Assembly: GCF_016432865.1 (NCBI RefSeq)
Contig: NC_067403.1
Location: 263,748,001 to 263,812,000, forward strand
Reading direction: 5' to 3'
DNA length: 64,000 bases
From: Antechinus flavipes
Lineage: Eukaryota
Of this stretch, positions 42,311 through 54,369 are shown in pieces. Within the stretch, counting starts at the first letter, position 1, and every line of letters starts with the position of its first letter. The notes beneath the pieces are model-generated. The model ran no database searches. It saw nothing but the letters and a program-made list of their open reading frames with translations, and had not been told where the DNA came from. The position numbers and the translations under genes were made by a program.

Positions 42311-42751
42311 GCCCCTGGAACAAAATGTATAACAACTAAGAAAAATCAAAAAGACCTGTAGATGTTTTATTATAAAAATATAGTTTTTCACCATTCATGA
42401 TAGTAGAGCCACCATACTTGATTCAAATATTCATATGTGCTCAGAGAAAATGTGATAGACAAAGAATGAATAAAGATGGGAAAGGCAGACATATTGGGCC
42501 AAGTATACACTTTGCCATATTCTGGCAACACAATCATGACGATATAGAGAGATTGATTCACAGAATTCACAGAATCTGAAAGATGGGATGATATTAAAGG
42601 TGGAAAAAGCTTTTCAGACCTTGCTTACACTGAAAAAGACAATCAAGAGCCAGCAATAGCTAACAATCGGACAGCAACAGCCAACAAGCAGCTATTTTTC
42701 AGATGCGTCGGAGACATCAGTAGGGTGCAGTTAGGTTTTCCACAAGTAATA

Positions 42752-42888
42752 TTTTTTTATTTTTTTATTAAAGCTTTTTATTTACAAAGCCTATGTGTGG
42801 ATAATTTTTCCAATAATGACCCTTGCATGACCTTTTGTTCCAAAATTTCCCCTCCTTACCCCTACTTCCTCCCCTAACTGGCAGGTAT
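42752..42888 (-). mobile_element. Very short L1 3' end with target-site duplication
   Basis: Poly-T tail; TSD tccacaagtaata(tttt) at 42739 and 42888. Confidence 0.85.
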
Positions 42889-43199
42889 CCACAAGTAATA
42901 TTTTACAATGGCCAGATCTCATAATTAGCTGAAAGATATAGAGAAACGCCTCACTCTACCATGTTCATTGTTTGTTGATTTTTTGGGATGGGGGAAGTTT
43001 TCAACTGGGTAGAGCAAAGCACTACCTTTAAGACTTTATTCCCCCCAAATCATATCCCACCAGTCGTTTCAGAAGCATTTGAGATTTTTTTGAAAGATAG
43101 AACAGCAAAAATAACTTATTCAAATGTCTTCTCATCACAGACATCAGTCAAGGCGTTTTTGAGAGGTGTTTGCTGATGTGTTTGGGGAAATCCATGTTA

Positions 43200-43380
43200 A
43201 AGGATTCTTTGTGAACGGAACATCAGGAAGACCTGTTTGAATCCAATCTTAGGTGCTAGCTATGTGTCCCTGGGTTCACAGAGCACCAACTTCTCAGGAT
43301 TGTTTTAAGGACCAAAAGGGTTAACATATAACATACTTTGAGATCTTGAAGTGCAATAGAAATGCTCAAATTGGGTCCAG
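43200..43380 (+). mobile_element. MIR-type SINE remnant
   Basis: tcaggaagacctgtttgaatcc...ctatgtgtccctggg...aggattgttttaagg. Confidence 0.6.
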
Positions 43381-43399
43381 GTGACCTTGAGCTGGTGAC

Positions 43400-44060
43400 A
43401 TCAAAGGTCAGAATACTCCAGAGCCTCAGCATCTGTAACCATTCAAAAAAAGGTGTGCCTCTTCAGTCACTCAACGAAGACCAAACAGAGGAAAAAGATA
43501 GTACTCAGATTATGAAAATGCAATTGGATGGATGGCCTCTAGAACCTTCCATTAATGTGCATATCTGAGACAGACAGAACAAATGAACAATGAATCGGAC
43601 CCAGGATAAAACAAGAAGAGGAAAGAGTTGGGATGGCCTTTGGGACATTTCCAAGATCCTGTGATGTCCCCAAACTCGCCAAAACAAAGAGCCACATTTT
43701 TAAGCCAATGTTATACATTGGCAAGACATGGAAGAAGAAAAAGTCTGAAAATTATAGTCCCGTGGAGGGCCAGGAAGGGGCCCATTGTGGATGAGAGTAG
43801 GTATCAACCTGCAGTAGGTGTCAACTGGTGAAGATGTCATGGACTTGTAAGGAGAAGATGAGTCGGTCACATGGTAAGGCCCCATCGCTCCCCATTCTTG
43901 GGATGTTCAGACATAGGAAGGAAGGCCTCCAGTCACTGGGCAGATGGATGCTCAAGGACCATCTCGTGGGAGCACTTGGATGAGAGCCACAGGACATGAG
44001 ATTGCCCCATCACAAAGCAATCTCTGTCGAGTGATTGAATTGAGTAACAGCAAGATGCTC
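43400..44060 (+). mobile_element. Degenerate RTE-clade LINE fragment
   Basis: Frameshifted MQLDG.P.., MNNE.DP, G.MAFG, PMLY..TW and RR.VGHMVR segments resemble the RTE ORF C-terminal region. Confidence 0.6.
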
Positions 44061-46786
44061 CCTGGGTACCAGGAGTACTTTGTCAATGATCAATAGTACA
44101 GAAGAAAGGGTGTGGAAGATAGAATCAGAGAAACATGCTTAGAGGAGATGGACTGACCCTGTGTGGACAGTGAGCAGCCTCGGGAGGTGGATCGTGGATA
44201 GAGGGAACCTGGGAATGTTGGAATCTAGAGAAAGGCCCAGGACCCTCCCCCCCCCAACCCCCCCAGAGGATGAAGGTCTTTCTGGTCTTTTGGATGCAGT
44301 TTCCACCTCTGTAAGTTCATAGATCCCTTCAAGATCCAGTCCTCTATTCCACGAGTCCCTGGCTGTGGAAGCTTCCTGCTTCATAGCATGCCCTCTAAAA
44401 GCCCTCTTTCGGCCAGGAATCGGCAGCCCTAACACTAATTCCGAGCCAAGCTCACACTCCTCTGTTCAGAGCATCCTGGAAACCTCGGCTCTTTTCCTGT
44501 TACCTCAGGAATGGGCCTCGACCTCTCTAGGAGCAGGCCACCCAGTAGAGAAGCCCTACCTGATGGGATCACTCAGAGCAGAATGTTCCCCTGGAGAAGG
44601 ACGCTTCCGCAGCTCATTTCCTTGCGCATTGCCAGCACCAGGCTTGAGATGTGCCCTGGGGTCCCTTCCAGGAAACGGCCCTCTTCCGCAGGGGAAGGGC
44701 TCCCGGAGGAGTTGGGGGGCGTGGCAATGTCAGCAGATTCAGTCCCTCAGACCAACTGGCTTCAACAGGGGAGTAGCACCTGAGCTCAGGACATCGCCAA
44801 TGAAGTGCCCATCCTCCCATATTTGTTTTTTAAAAAGTCATGAGAATTCCATGTTCTCTTTTAAACACTTTTACTGGCTTTCCTCAAGATTTTCTTGGGG
44901 AATTCGTCCTGGGCAAAAGGCGTTTTGTCCCACCCCACCCCTGGCTCCCCTTGCTACTAGGTCGCTTGCCCAGATTGTCTCCCTTTAGGAGATGGGCCGG
45001 GTTCTGTCTCTTTCTTGGAGAGAACAGAGGCATTGGAGCAGCAGAACTTCCCACTAACTTTCTCCAGAGAAACCTGGCTCCCAGCTGTTGGTAGCGGCCC
45101 CTAGCCGTCGTCCCACCCGCGGTAGTTAGTCTTGCTATCTGCCCAGCCAAGTGACCGGGATGCCCTGGGGTCCTGGCAATATCCAGAGACTTGGGAAAAG
45201 CTAAAGACGGAGGGATCTGGCTGGGCTGTGGCTGCTGACAGATCCAGGAGGGGCTGAGAAAATGCCAGTGGCAAAGGGGTCCTAAGCTGACGGGGGCCAC
45301 ATCTCTGCCCCTGGAGCAGCGAATCATGGCACGTGATGTGACACAATGGTCCTCGCTCCGCCCTGTGCCCTGCCCCCAAGGGTCTGCATTCCCTGCGGGC
45401 TCGGGCCCATCTCTCACTCGTGGGCAGGCAGGGGACAGGGCAAGACAGTACATAGAAAGGGGAGGCACTAGAGGAGGAGGGTCTCCTCCTTTAGTGCGCT
45501 GGCCATTGCTGCAGGGGCGAGTGACCGGGCTCCAGTCCCTGGGCATCGTCCGGCTCTTTTAGATCAAACCGGAGGAGCCTGCAGAAGCTGGCGGGCTGGC
45601 TGCTCGGCTTAGAGTCGCAGGTGCTGCCCCCCAGCCCAGGTTCCGAGGCAGTATTCTGGCTCCGGGACAGGCTTGGTGAAGGACTGGCCGCCCCAGCCGG
45701 ACAGCTCTCCTCCAGCAGGGTGTGCTGCCCGCCTGCAGGAACCCGGGCCTTCGGCCCTGCTGCCCCCTGTGGCTGAGTCCCTAGGGTGACGCTTTCAGAG
45801 GCTCCCCAGCAGGGCAAGGCAGGCAGCCCAGTTGCACGCCCCCTCTCTGGGGGGACTGAGCAGGCCGGCACCACCATGGCTGTGTGGGAGGGCTCTCCGC
45901 TGGAGCAGGAGAACATCTGGCCTGCTGAGCAGAGGTGGGAGGGGGGCTGATGCTGGGGTGAGAGCCCCGCCCTTCCCAGCAGACTGCTTTCACACCTCTC
46001 AAGTCCCTGCCACGGAGCCCGAGCGCTCCACTTCACGGTCCATAACTTTGCAAAACTCGGCGAAGAACTCAACACCTCGAATTACTGTCATGGGAGGGGG
46101 ACCGAATCACGAGGGAGGGAGGAGCCCGCGGGGCTGCCTTAGACCCCCCTGACTTGAGAGGAAAACCCAGGAATCCACATGAGGATCGACTCCCCAGGCT
46201 GTGCCGGTAAGGGCTCTGCGCTCCGAGCCTCGTTTTTCTCATCTGTAGAATGGGAGCTGATGGCTGTGCTGTCTCCTTCATGGGAAGTAAAACACAAGCG
46301 GAAGGGGAAGCTTCTAGGCTCAGGACAGGTGGTAGACCCTCATCCTCTGCAAACCTGCTTAGCCCCAGCCCGCTGCCTGAGGAGCCGAAGGATGCCCTCG
46401 GTGATCTCCAGGTCCGGCTATGGGGATGGGTGGACCCCCGACTTCGGGATGGCAGCCCTGCCTGGGTCACTTAACTCCCATAACCTTCTGCGATCTCACT
46501 CTGAGTTGCCAGAAGGAATCGGGGACTCCCTGTTGAGGGACCTTGCCAGGTCTTTCCTCCACCAGCGCGGAGGGAAGCTGTCAGGCTGAGCCCTTCCCCC
46601 AGCGCTCGCTGCTGAGCACTGAATGGCTCCCCAAAGCCAGCGGGCAGCTGGGCCAGACGGCCTCGGGCAAGCCGGCCTGGTCTAAGTGAGCACGTGGCAC
46701 AGCTGGGAGTGCTGGGGCAACGGGAGAGGAGAGACCTCTCAGGGTGGCCAGCCCGGGGGCTCCCAGATGTGAAAGGGGAAGGCCAT

Positions 46787-46792
46787 TTTATT
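46787..46792 (-). terminator. DRD4 polyadenylation signal
   Basis: AATAAA on the minus strand about 480 nt past the stop. Confidence 0.65.
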
Positions 46793-47274
46793 AGGCTCAC
46801 ATCCCTCCTATCAGTCCTTCTGTACAGTCCCCCTGCCCCCTTTCCCAGGGTTGAGGGGGGGAGCTGCCCGGGAGAGCCAAGGCTGCCGGGTCCCTTTGGG
46901 CCATCAGGGGCCCCGGATCTGTTGGACTGGGAGTCCAGCTCCGGAGAGGGCGGTGCACGATGGGTGGGCAGTCAGGCTATAAATACCCAAGCCCTGTCAG
47001 CACCGGGGGCAAGGACGAAGCTTCCCCTCCCGCCCCTCCCCAGGAAGTGCACATGTTCACAGGGCCTCCCTAGGGGGGAGGCTCCGCCAGGCACCCGCCC
47101 TGCGCCCTCCGGCTCTTCTCTGCTGACCCCGAACCCCCACCCTCGGGGTGCCCGGAGCGTCTGCCTCTGCAGTAGCCAGCCGCAGCCGCGGCCCAGCGCT
47201 AAGGCAGCTGGGATCCTCGGTCCCAACGCCCTGGGAGGAGGGTCGTGGGTCTGCCTCTGCCCCCAGCCAGGGTC

Positions 47275-47477
47275 CTAGCAAAGGAGCCCGAGCACGCGGC
47301 GAAAGAAGTTCCGGAACTCCGTATTGAAGACGGTGTAGATGACAGGGTTCAGGGCGCTGTTCACGTAACCCAACCACGTGACTACGCTGACCAGCCCCCG
47401 GGGCAGGGGGCAGGCGGGGCACAGCGCCCTGGTGACGTGGACCACAAAGAACGGCGTCCAGCACACGAGGAAGGCAC
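47275..47477 (-). CDS. DRD4: DRD4 exon 4
   Basis: [23 protein letters not shown]...[24 protein letters not shown]. Confidence 0.97.
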
Positions 47478-50400
47478 CTGGGGGTAAGAGGCTTCCGTGA
47501 GGCCGGTCCTCAACTCCGGGATGCACTTCTCCCGCCGCCCCTCCCCCCCAGTCCTGGGCTCCCCGCCCTCCCGCCGCCCCTCCCCCCTGTCCTGGGCTCC
47601 CCGCCCTCCCTCCACCCCACCCCCTTCCAAGTCCCGGCTCCCCGGCCTCCTCTCAGAACCCCAGCTGCCGAGGGGACACCCACCGACTACCACCGGCAGC
47701 ACCCTCATGGCCTTCCGCTCCCGGCCCGTGATCTTGGCTCGTTTTTTCGGGGGCCCGGCGGGGGGCAGCGCCTGGGGCCGGGGCCCGACTGGGTAAGACA
47801 CCGTCTGGATTGGGCCGCGGGCCGAGTGGCCCTCCCGGTCGGGGCCCTCCGCGTCCGGGTCCTCCGGGTTGCGGCCGCCCCCGTCCGAGCCCTCCGAGTC
47901 GGGCCCCGGAAAGCGCCGGCGAGGCCAGGGCCGGGGCGGCCGGCCCGGCCCGCGGGCGGCCCCCGGGCCCAGGCTCCGCCGCAGCTTGGCCCTGCGGGCC
48001 TCCTCCCAGGTGCGGAGGCGCCGGAACATGGCGCAGTAGAGGACCAGCATCAGCGGGCAGGGCAGGAAGAAGGAGCACACCGACGACCAGACGACGTAGT
48101 TCCGGCTCTCCAGCTGGCACACGGCCGGGTCCCGGTCCGGGGCGCCGTTGAGACCGAACAGCACCGGCGCGGCCACGGCGAAGGCCAGCCCCCACACGGC
48201 GCCGATGAGCAGCAGCTGCCGCCTCCCCAGCTGCCGCCGGCTGTAGTTCAGGGGCACGGAGACCGCGATGAACCTGCGGGGGGAGGCCGGGGAGCTGGGG
48301 GCTAGCCGGGAGGGGGCCCCTCCCGCGCAGTCGCCGGCTTCGAGGAGCCAAACTGGCGGCCCGAGCTGGGGCTCTGGGGGAAGGCAGCCCCTCGGCAGCG
48401 AGCCAGGGAGGCCGGGAGGGGGCTCGATTCTCCGCCTTTGCTAACTTGTGTGTCCGGGGTCAGCCTCGGGAGGCAGAGAGGCCAGCTGGCTGGGGGGCGG
48501 GGCTGGGGGAGGAGGCCCACCTGTCCACGCTGATGGCGCAGAGGTGGAAGATGGAGGCTGTGCAGAGCATCACGTCCATAGTCATCAGAGCATCACACAG
48601 AGCCGGGTTCAGAGTCCATACGCCTCCCTGGTACTGGGACGGATGGACAGAGCTCTGAGGTCCCGGCGTCAACCACTCAGACATTCACAGTGTGTGTGGG
48701 GGGAGAGAGACAGACAGAGACACAGAGAGAGACAAAGACAGAGACACACAGACAGGCAGAGACACAGACACAAAGAGACAGAGAAAGAGTCAGAAACAGA
48801 GAGAGAGACAGGGAGACAGAGACACTGAGAAACAGGGAGAGAAAGAACACTCACGGCACACACCCACTCTCATTTGGGACAGAGAGAAGCTGGGAGGCTA
48901 CACCCCAATGCCCTCAGATTTCTCCCTCTGCAGAGCACAAACGGGGCACACCAGGGACCCAGACAGGGGTGTAGATTTGGCCAAAATAGCTGTGCTTATT
49001 CCAGTCTGGTCGGGAGAAGAAAAGCATGGTCTGCCCTGGGAGCCCTCCTTCTGCTTCTGAACTCTGGCTGAGATCTTGGCCATGTCCCCCACCCACTGTT
49101 TCCTGGGCAGTGGACGAGTGGGGATGCGGGAAAGGCTGCTCTCCCTTCCTTTCCACGTTGACATCTGGACCTCACTGCCATTGGAGGGGCCATTCAGTGG
49201 CTTTGTGTAGTAGGATGGCCCTTAGGGTTGGATCAAAAGACCTGGTGCTGACCAGGCCCCTGTGCCAAGTGGGGGTAGAATCAATCTTTGTAAGTACTCC
49301 TCTCTCCCTGGGCCTTGGTTGTCCAGATGCTTTGGGATCTCCTGCACCCTAGTCTCCAATTCCCTGGAGCCCTCTGAACTAAAAGATCTCTAAGGTCCCT
49401 TACAACTCTCAGTCTCAAAGCCTCCATTACTTCCAGCTCTAGAGATCGCTGACAAAGAATCCAAGTGCCTGGATCGCTTCACTGTAAATCTTGGGAGCCT
49501 CAACCAGGCCCTACCAGACACCCTCCAAAGGAGATCTCGGCCCCTCCTCCTCTGTCCTCTCCACTGAGATTAAAGGCTTAGTGGGCAGCAGAGACGTCAG
49601 AGTTCAGAATGACCCCTCCCTCCCTGGATTAGCTTGTCCTCATCCCCTACCCTTCCCTCAGTCTGTCCTTCACACCACCTGTGAGGACATTCACAAAGAC
49701 CCCAAAAGTAACAAGAAAGTTTGGTCTCCCAGGACCCCCTCCCTCATACACCCCGCCCCCTTCCTTCCAAAGTAGGAGGAGCACCCCATACTGAGTGATC
49801 CCAACGTTTGAGGTCGGCCATGAGTCCCCGGTCAGAGTGCAGCAATTCCCCCTCCCAACCCCCTCCATGGGATGATAATGCTGGAAGAGCAGGAAGTGGC
49901 CAGGTGCTGCCTCAGCCCCGCAGGTCCCATGACGCAAGTCTGACGACCTCAGACAAGAACCACCTTGTCTTCATCCCTGGCTGTGCTCCTGCTGCGCCTC
50001 GGGCCCCTCAGAGGTGACCCAGTTTATCCTCCGCCCCCAGATGGATGTTTTATAAGTTGGTTTCTGCTTTATAGAGAGGGCCTGTCTTTACCTGGACAGT
50101 TGCATTAGGAACCTTGTGCTGCTCACTCCTTAGGGCAGAACCAAGGGAAGAAATACTAGTGATGCAAGGAGTGGGGGCTGGCTGAAATCCTTTGACTGAC
50201 TCTCCCATTCTTTGGTGTCTGAGCTTAAGAAGAGGGGGTCAAAGGGATCTAGATTCTTCACACACTTCACTGAACAGATTCTTATTAAAAGGCACAGAGT
50301 TAGAAAATCTGGAAACAAGAGGGAGATTGGGCCGGGCATCTCAGGCACTAGCTGCAAGGCTGCGCCCCACGCAGTCCGTGTCACTCAGAAGGAGGTATTC

Positions 50401-52058
50401 ACCAGAGCGCCCCCGGAGTCTGTCCAGGAGGCTGGGCTGTTCCACATTTTTACAGTGAACTTGGATAAAGACTTGGATGGCTTGCTTATCCAACGTGCAC
50501 ATGACTAAGTCAGGAAGGCCAACTCACCAGATAATGTGGGCTAGCCAGTCAGGATCCCAAAACAGCTTAATGGGCTAGGAGTGGGTAGGTGACCAAGGAT
50601 GAGGTCCCTTGGGCCTTTGGGTTCAATTAGTCCCAGAAACAGCTGGGACAAGGAGAAAACTGCTTCCCCTAAACACCCTCTGAGAGATCTTCAACATTGC
50701 TCTTTGGGCAGAGCAAGACAGGTTGCTCAGACTTGAACTGACAGCAGATTAGCATCTCCTTCTTTCCTTTCTCCTCTGTGTTTCTCTTTCTCTCTCTTCC
50801 TCTCCTTTTGTCTGTGTCTGTGTTTCTCTCTCTTCTTCTTTCTCTCCTGCATCACCTTCTCTCCTTTATTCTTTTCCCCAGCCTTCCTCTCCCTGCACTT
50901 CTCATCCCTCTTTGGNNNNNNNNNNNNNNNNNNNNNNNNNNNNNNNNNNNNNNNNNNNNNNNNNNNNNNNNNNNNNNNNNNNNNNNNNNNNNNNNNNNNN
51001 NNNNNNNNNNNNNNNNNNNNNNNNNNNNNNNNNNNNNNNNNNNNNNNNNTCCCTCCATCTCTCCTCTGTTTCTCCCGACATCTCTGTGTCTCTCCATTTC
51101 TCTCTTCCCTCTATTACTCTCTCTCTTCCCTTCCCTTCCTCTCTCTTCTTTCTTCTCCTTTTCTTTCCCTCCACCCCTCTTTCCTCCGTTTCTCTGTGCA
51201 TCCCTCTCTTTTCTCTCTCTCCCAGTTGCCTTTCTCAGTCTATTGCTATCTTGTCATCTTCATCTCCCTCCTCGATCTCAGGAAACCAGGACTGGTATTG
51301 GAGTCTGGAGGACTATGGGAAGGTTGAGGACAATGGTCAGAGGGCATGACCGTGTCAGGTTCAGTGTTTCAAGAGATGAGATGTGTATGAAAGGAATTAG
51401 CAAAGGAGGGCTAGGGAAAGTATGGGACAGACATGAAAGGGGTAGCAGGGGACGGGATTCAAAGAATCAGCGACAGGGACCGTGCAACATGAAGTAGACT
51501 AGACTAGGGGTTTATACCGGGATATGGGGGAGGGGGCAGGCAGGATCCTGGGCTGGACAATTGGAGTGGAAGGTCCAAGAATAGACAGTAAAAGGAATTG
51601 GGGGGGAGGGGGAAGAGTGATGTCCTTTATCCAAAGGAGGGGGAAGATCCCGAGTTAGAAGCGGGAGCTGGGGGGGGGGGGAGTCCAATGGAGGAGAGAG
51701 GGACTGCAAAAGGGATGGGAGTGGCTTGGGTCTAGGAGGCAGGTTGGACGGGCAGACCGGGCCAGGGGGCTTCCTGGATCCGGGTTCACCTCACCTCGGA
51801 GTAGACGAAGAGCGGGAGAACTAGTAGCGCCAGCAGCAGGTCGGCCACGGCCAGGCTCACTATGAAGAAGTTGGTGGGGGTCTGCAGGGCCCGTTCCGCC
51901 GCCACGCTCACACACACGAGCGCATTGCCAGCCAGTACGGTGACCATGAGCAGGATGCCCCCGACCAGAGCGCCCACATGCGGCTCGAGGGTCCCCAGGC
52001 CCCCTCTGCCGCTGCCCGCGAGCTCGCTGGCGTTCGAGAAACTGCGGTTCCCCGGCAT
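47275..52058 (-). CDS. DRD4: Dopamine receptor D4, whole coding span
   Basis: Join (minus) 52058-51795, 48633-48521, 48273-47684, 47477-47275 = 1170 nt, 389 aa. 7TM motifs [44 protein letters not shown]; four-exon layout as in DRD4. Confidence 0.98.
47684..48273 (-). CDS. DRD4: DRD4 exon 3
   Basis: [13 protein letters not shown]...[17 protein letters not shown]; 590 nt. Confidence 0.97.
48521..48633 (-). CDS. DRD4: DRD4 exon 2
   Basis: [37 protein letters not shown](R); 113 nt. Confidence 0.97.
48680..48845. repeat. (GA/GACA)n low-complexity tract in DRD4 intron 1
   Basis: Direct inspection. Confidence 0.85.
50750..51235. repeat. CT-rich low-complexity tract spanning a gap
   Basis: Direct inspection. 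Confidence 0.8.
50916..51049. other. Assembly gap (134 N)
   Basis: N run. Confidence 1.
51795..52058 (-). CDS. DRD4: DRD4 exon 1
   Basis: [11 protein letters not shown]...[34 protein letters not shown]; |GTGAGG. Confidence 0.95.
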
Positions 52059-52076
52059 CGCCGAGGACGGATCCCC

Positions 52077-52097
52077 TTCAGGACCGTGGACAGCGCC
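52077..52097 (+). promoter_or_regulatory. RE1/NRSE (REST site) in DRD4 5' UTR
   Basis: TTCAGGACCGTGGACAGCGCC versus consensus TTCAGCACCNNGGACAGCGCC: one mismatch. Confidence 0.75.
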
Positions 52098-52669
52098 GCG
52101 CCCCGCCAAACGGAGACGGGGCGCCGCGCCGCATTCCCGGAGACTCAGCTCCGACTGAGGAGCCCCGGGAACGGACAAAGAGGGCCCAGGGGCTGAAGAG
52201 CGGGGGCCGGGCGCCCTAACCTCTGGTCCTCCCCCCGCCCCCAGCCTATCTCCGGTCCTGGCTGCTGAGCTCAACTCCGGCTTTCAGCACGCGGTAAGTT
52301 CTCTGGCTCCACCCCGGCCTCGCCCCTTCTCGGTCCCGCCCTCTCCGGGCTCTGAAGCGAGCCCCCCCAACACAAACACACGCAGGCACGCACGCACACG
52401 CGCGCGCGCGCCCCTCCCCTCTTTGCAGAGATGGCCGAAGTGAGGGGACCCAGAAGCACTGGGTTACCACCAGCGTCCCTCGCCTTCCAATACAATCAAG
52501 ACTTGGAAAGGGTGGGATAGTCTGGGAATCCGGGATGGACATTGGTCTGGAAGCAGGGGCAATACCGCGTGACTTCGGAGACAGTTCGGGAAGAGCTCAT
52601 TGGTCAAGGTACCGGGAGTCCAGGGTGCTGTCAGTCAGAGAACCTACAAATGTTCTATCATTTCAGTCC

Positions 52670-52910
52670 TGTCCGGCTGTTCTTGGCCCAATTTGGATTT
52701 TCTTGGCAAAGATACTGGAGGGGTTTACCATTTCCTTCACCAGATCAATTTACCAAAGGAAACTGAGGCACAAAGGATGAAGTGGTTTGCCCAGGGTCAC
52801 ACATCTAGGAAGTATGTAAGGCCAGATTTGAACTCAGGATGATGATGCCTTCTTGTCTCTGGGCCCCATGCTGTATCCATTGCCCCATCCAGCCGTCCTG
52901 GACCTAGATA
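52670..52910 (-). mobile_element. MAR1-type SINE
   Basis: ttcttggcaaagatactggagggg..taccatttccttc...ggccagatttgaactcagg. Confidence 0.85.
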
Positions 52911-53879
52911 AAATGGTTCTCTATTTCCAAGACCAATTTTAGGCTCCAGAAGCTCTAGCTCCTGCACAAGTTTCTATGGTTTGATTAGACTAATCTAGGT
53001 CCGATGTTTGGGCCTCCATGCAGATGTATATAAAATGCAAACAGCAGAACCCTGGGTCCTGCTCTGGGTACAGGTCTGAGGGGTGGGGGAAGGGCTCAGG
53101 AAGCCCCCCCCCCAAAGAGAGCATCGCTAAAACCTCCTCACTGACGCCCCACCCCAGGCTGAGACTGTTCTCGCCCTCCTGAATCTGCTCTAGTTTCAAT
53201 TTGAGCCTGTCGGATCCCTCCATCCATCCTTCTGAGCCGACTGAATTAAGGTCCTCCCCCCAGAAAGTCTTTGACGGTTCTGCACCTCCCCTAGGAAGAA
53301 GCACCAGGCCCAGGGCCCTTAACCTCTGGTGCCTGCTTGGCTTCCGGTCTCTGAGGCAAGCAACTGGCCTCCACAGGCGCACCCATGCCCTAGACTTTTC
53401 CTCCATGTCTGCGGAAGCCAGGCAGGACTCGGGGGAACTTTCCCCCAGCTTCATCCCGGGCTCCCAGGCTGGGTGTCCCCCCAACTGGCTTCCCTACCCT
53501 CCTGGACCTTTTTTTAATGCCTGTGCTTAGGTTATCTCCCTAAAGCCCTGTCTCCCCAGCTCTTCACCATCCCCACGACTGGCACAAATTGTTATAGCCA
53601 AACGCCCCAGAGGTCCCAGTTCCCTGCTCTGCGCACTCTGCCCTCCCTCCAAGCATCCTCTGAGCGGAGATGCTCTCTTCCTCCCCCTCCCTCTGCTCTC
53701 TCTCAGTACCCGGAGTTCCCATTTGGATGTACAAACTCAAGGAAAGACCGAGGCAGAGGCAGTCAGTGGGCCCGACCTCGAGGCCCCCACAATCTCCCTC
53801 AGGCACGGAGGCTAGGCTTGCCCGCCCCAACCCTTCCGAAGCCTCTATCCGGCCTTCGGGGCCAGGAAAGGGATGAGAA

Positions 53880-54290
53880 GGGACTGGGCGGGGCCATCGA
53901 TCCACCGCAGCAGGCTTCAGCTCGGGCAGCCAGGGCTGGGCACCTGCCCCTGGAGAGGATGACAGCTGGAGGGGCGGCCTTGACCTTCCCGGCCGATCGA
54001 TGGCCCCGGACTAACTGTTTGCGAAGTCGCCGGGGCGGAAACCGTGGAGCCTCCGAAAGGGCACCGGGCGGGCGTGGGGGGCGGGTACCAGGGGAACCCT
54101 GGCGCCCCGAGCCTCCGTCTCCGCCCTCGAGGTCCCAGGCCCCAGGGGATTTATAGCGAGCAAGTCCCCGAACCAAGCACTGGGGTCAGGCGGCCGCCTG
54201 GGAGGAGAAGGCAAAATAGAAACGGAGAAGGGAGAAGAAGTCCGCCGGGAGGTGAGAGCCAGTGAGCTTTCTGCCGAGGCCGGTGAGTGG
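53880..54290 (+). promoter_or_regulatory. Candidate SCT promoter and non-coding first exon
   Basis: GC box 53886, E-boxes CACCTG 53941 and CAGCTG 53963 beside GGGGCGG, ATTTATAG 54149-54156, donors GAG|GTGAGA (54251) and CCG|GTGAGT (54282). Confidence 0.5.
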
Positions 54291-54369
54291 AAGCCGCGGG
54301 ACTGCTGCAGGCAGGGCTGAGCGGCTCCTGAGCGACGAGGCATCCTCCGGCCCTCCTCCTGCCGCTCCC

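Larger units (their letters stand above)
51780..52450 (-). promoter_or_regulatory. DRD4 promoter CpG island
   Basis: CpG-dense region over exon 1 and upstream. Confidence 0.75.

Noticed and set aside
52059-52274. In-frame N-terminal extension of DRD4
   Set aside because: No ATG; MPGNRS at 52058 matches the orthologous start
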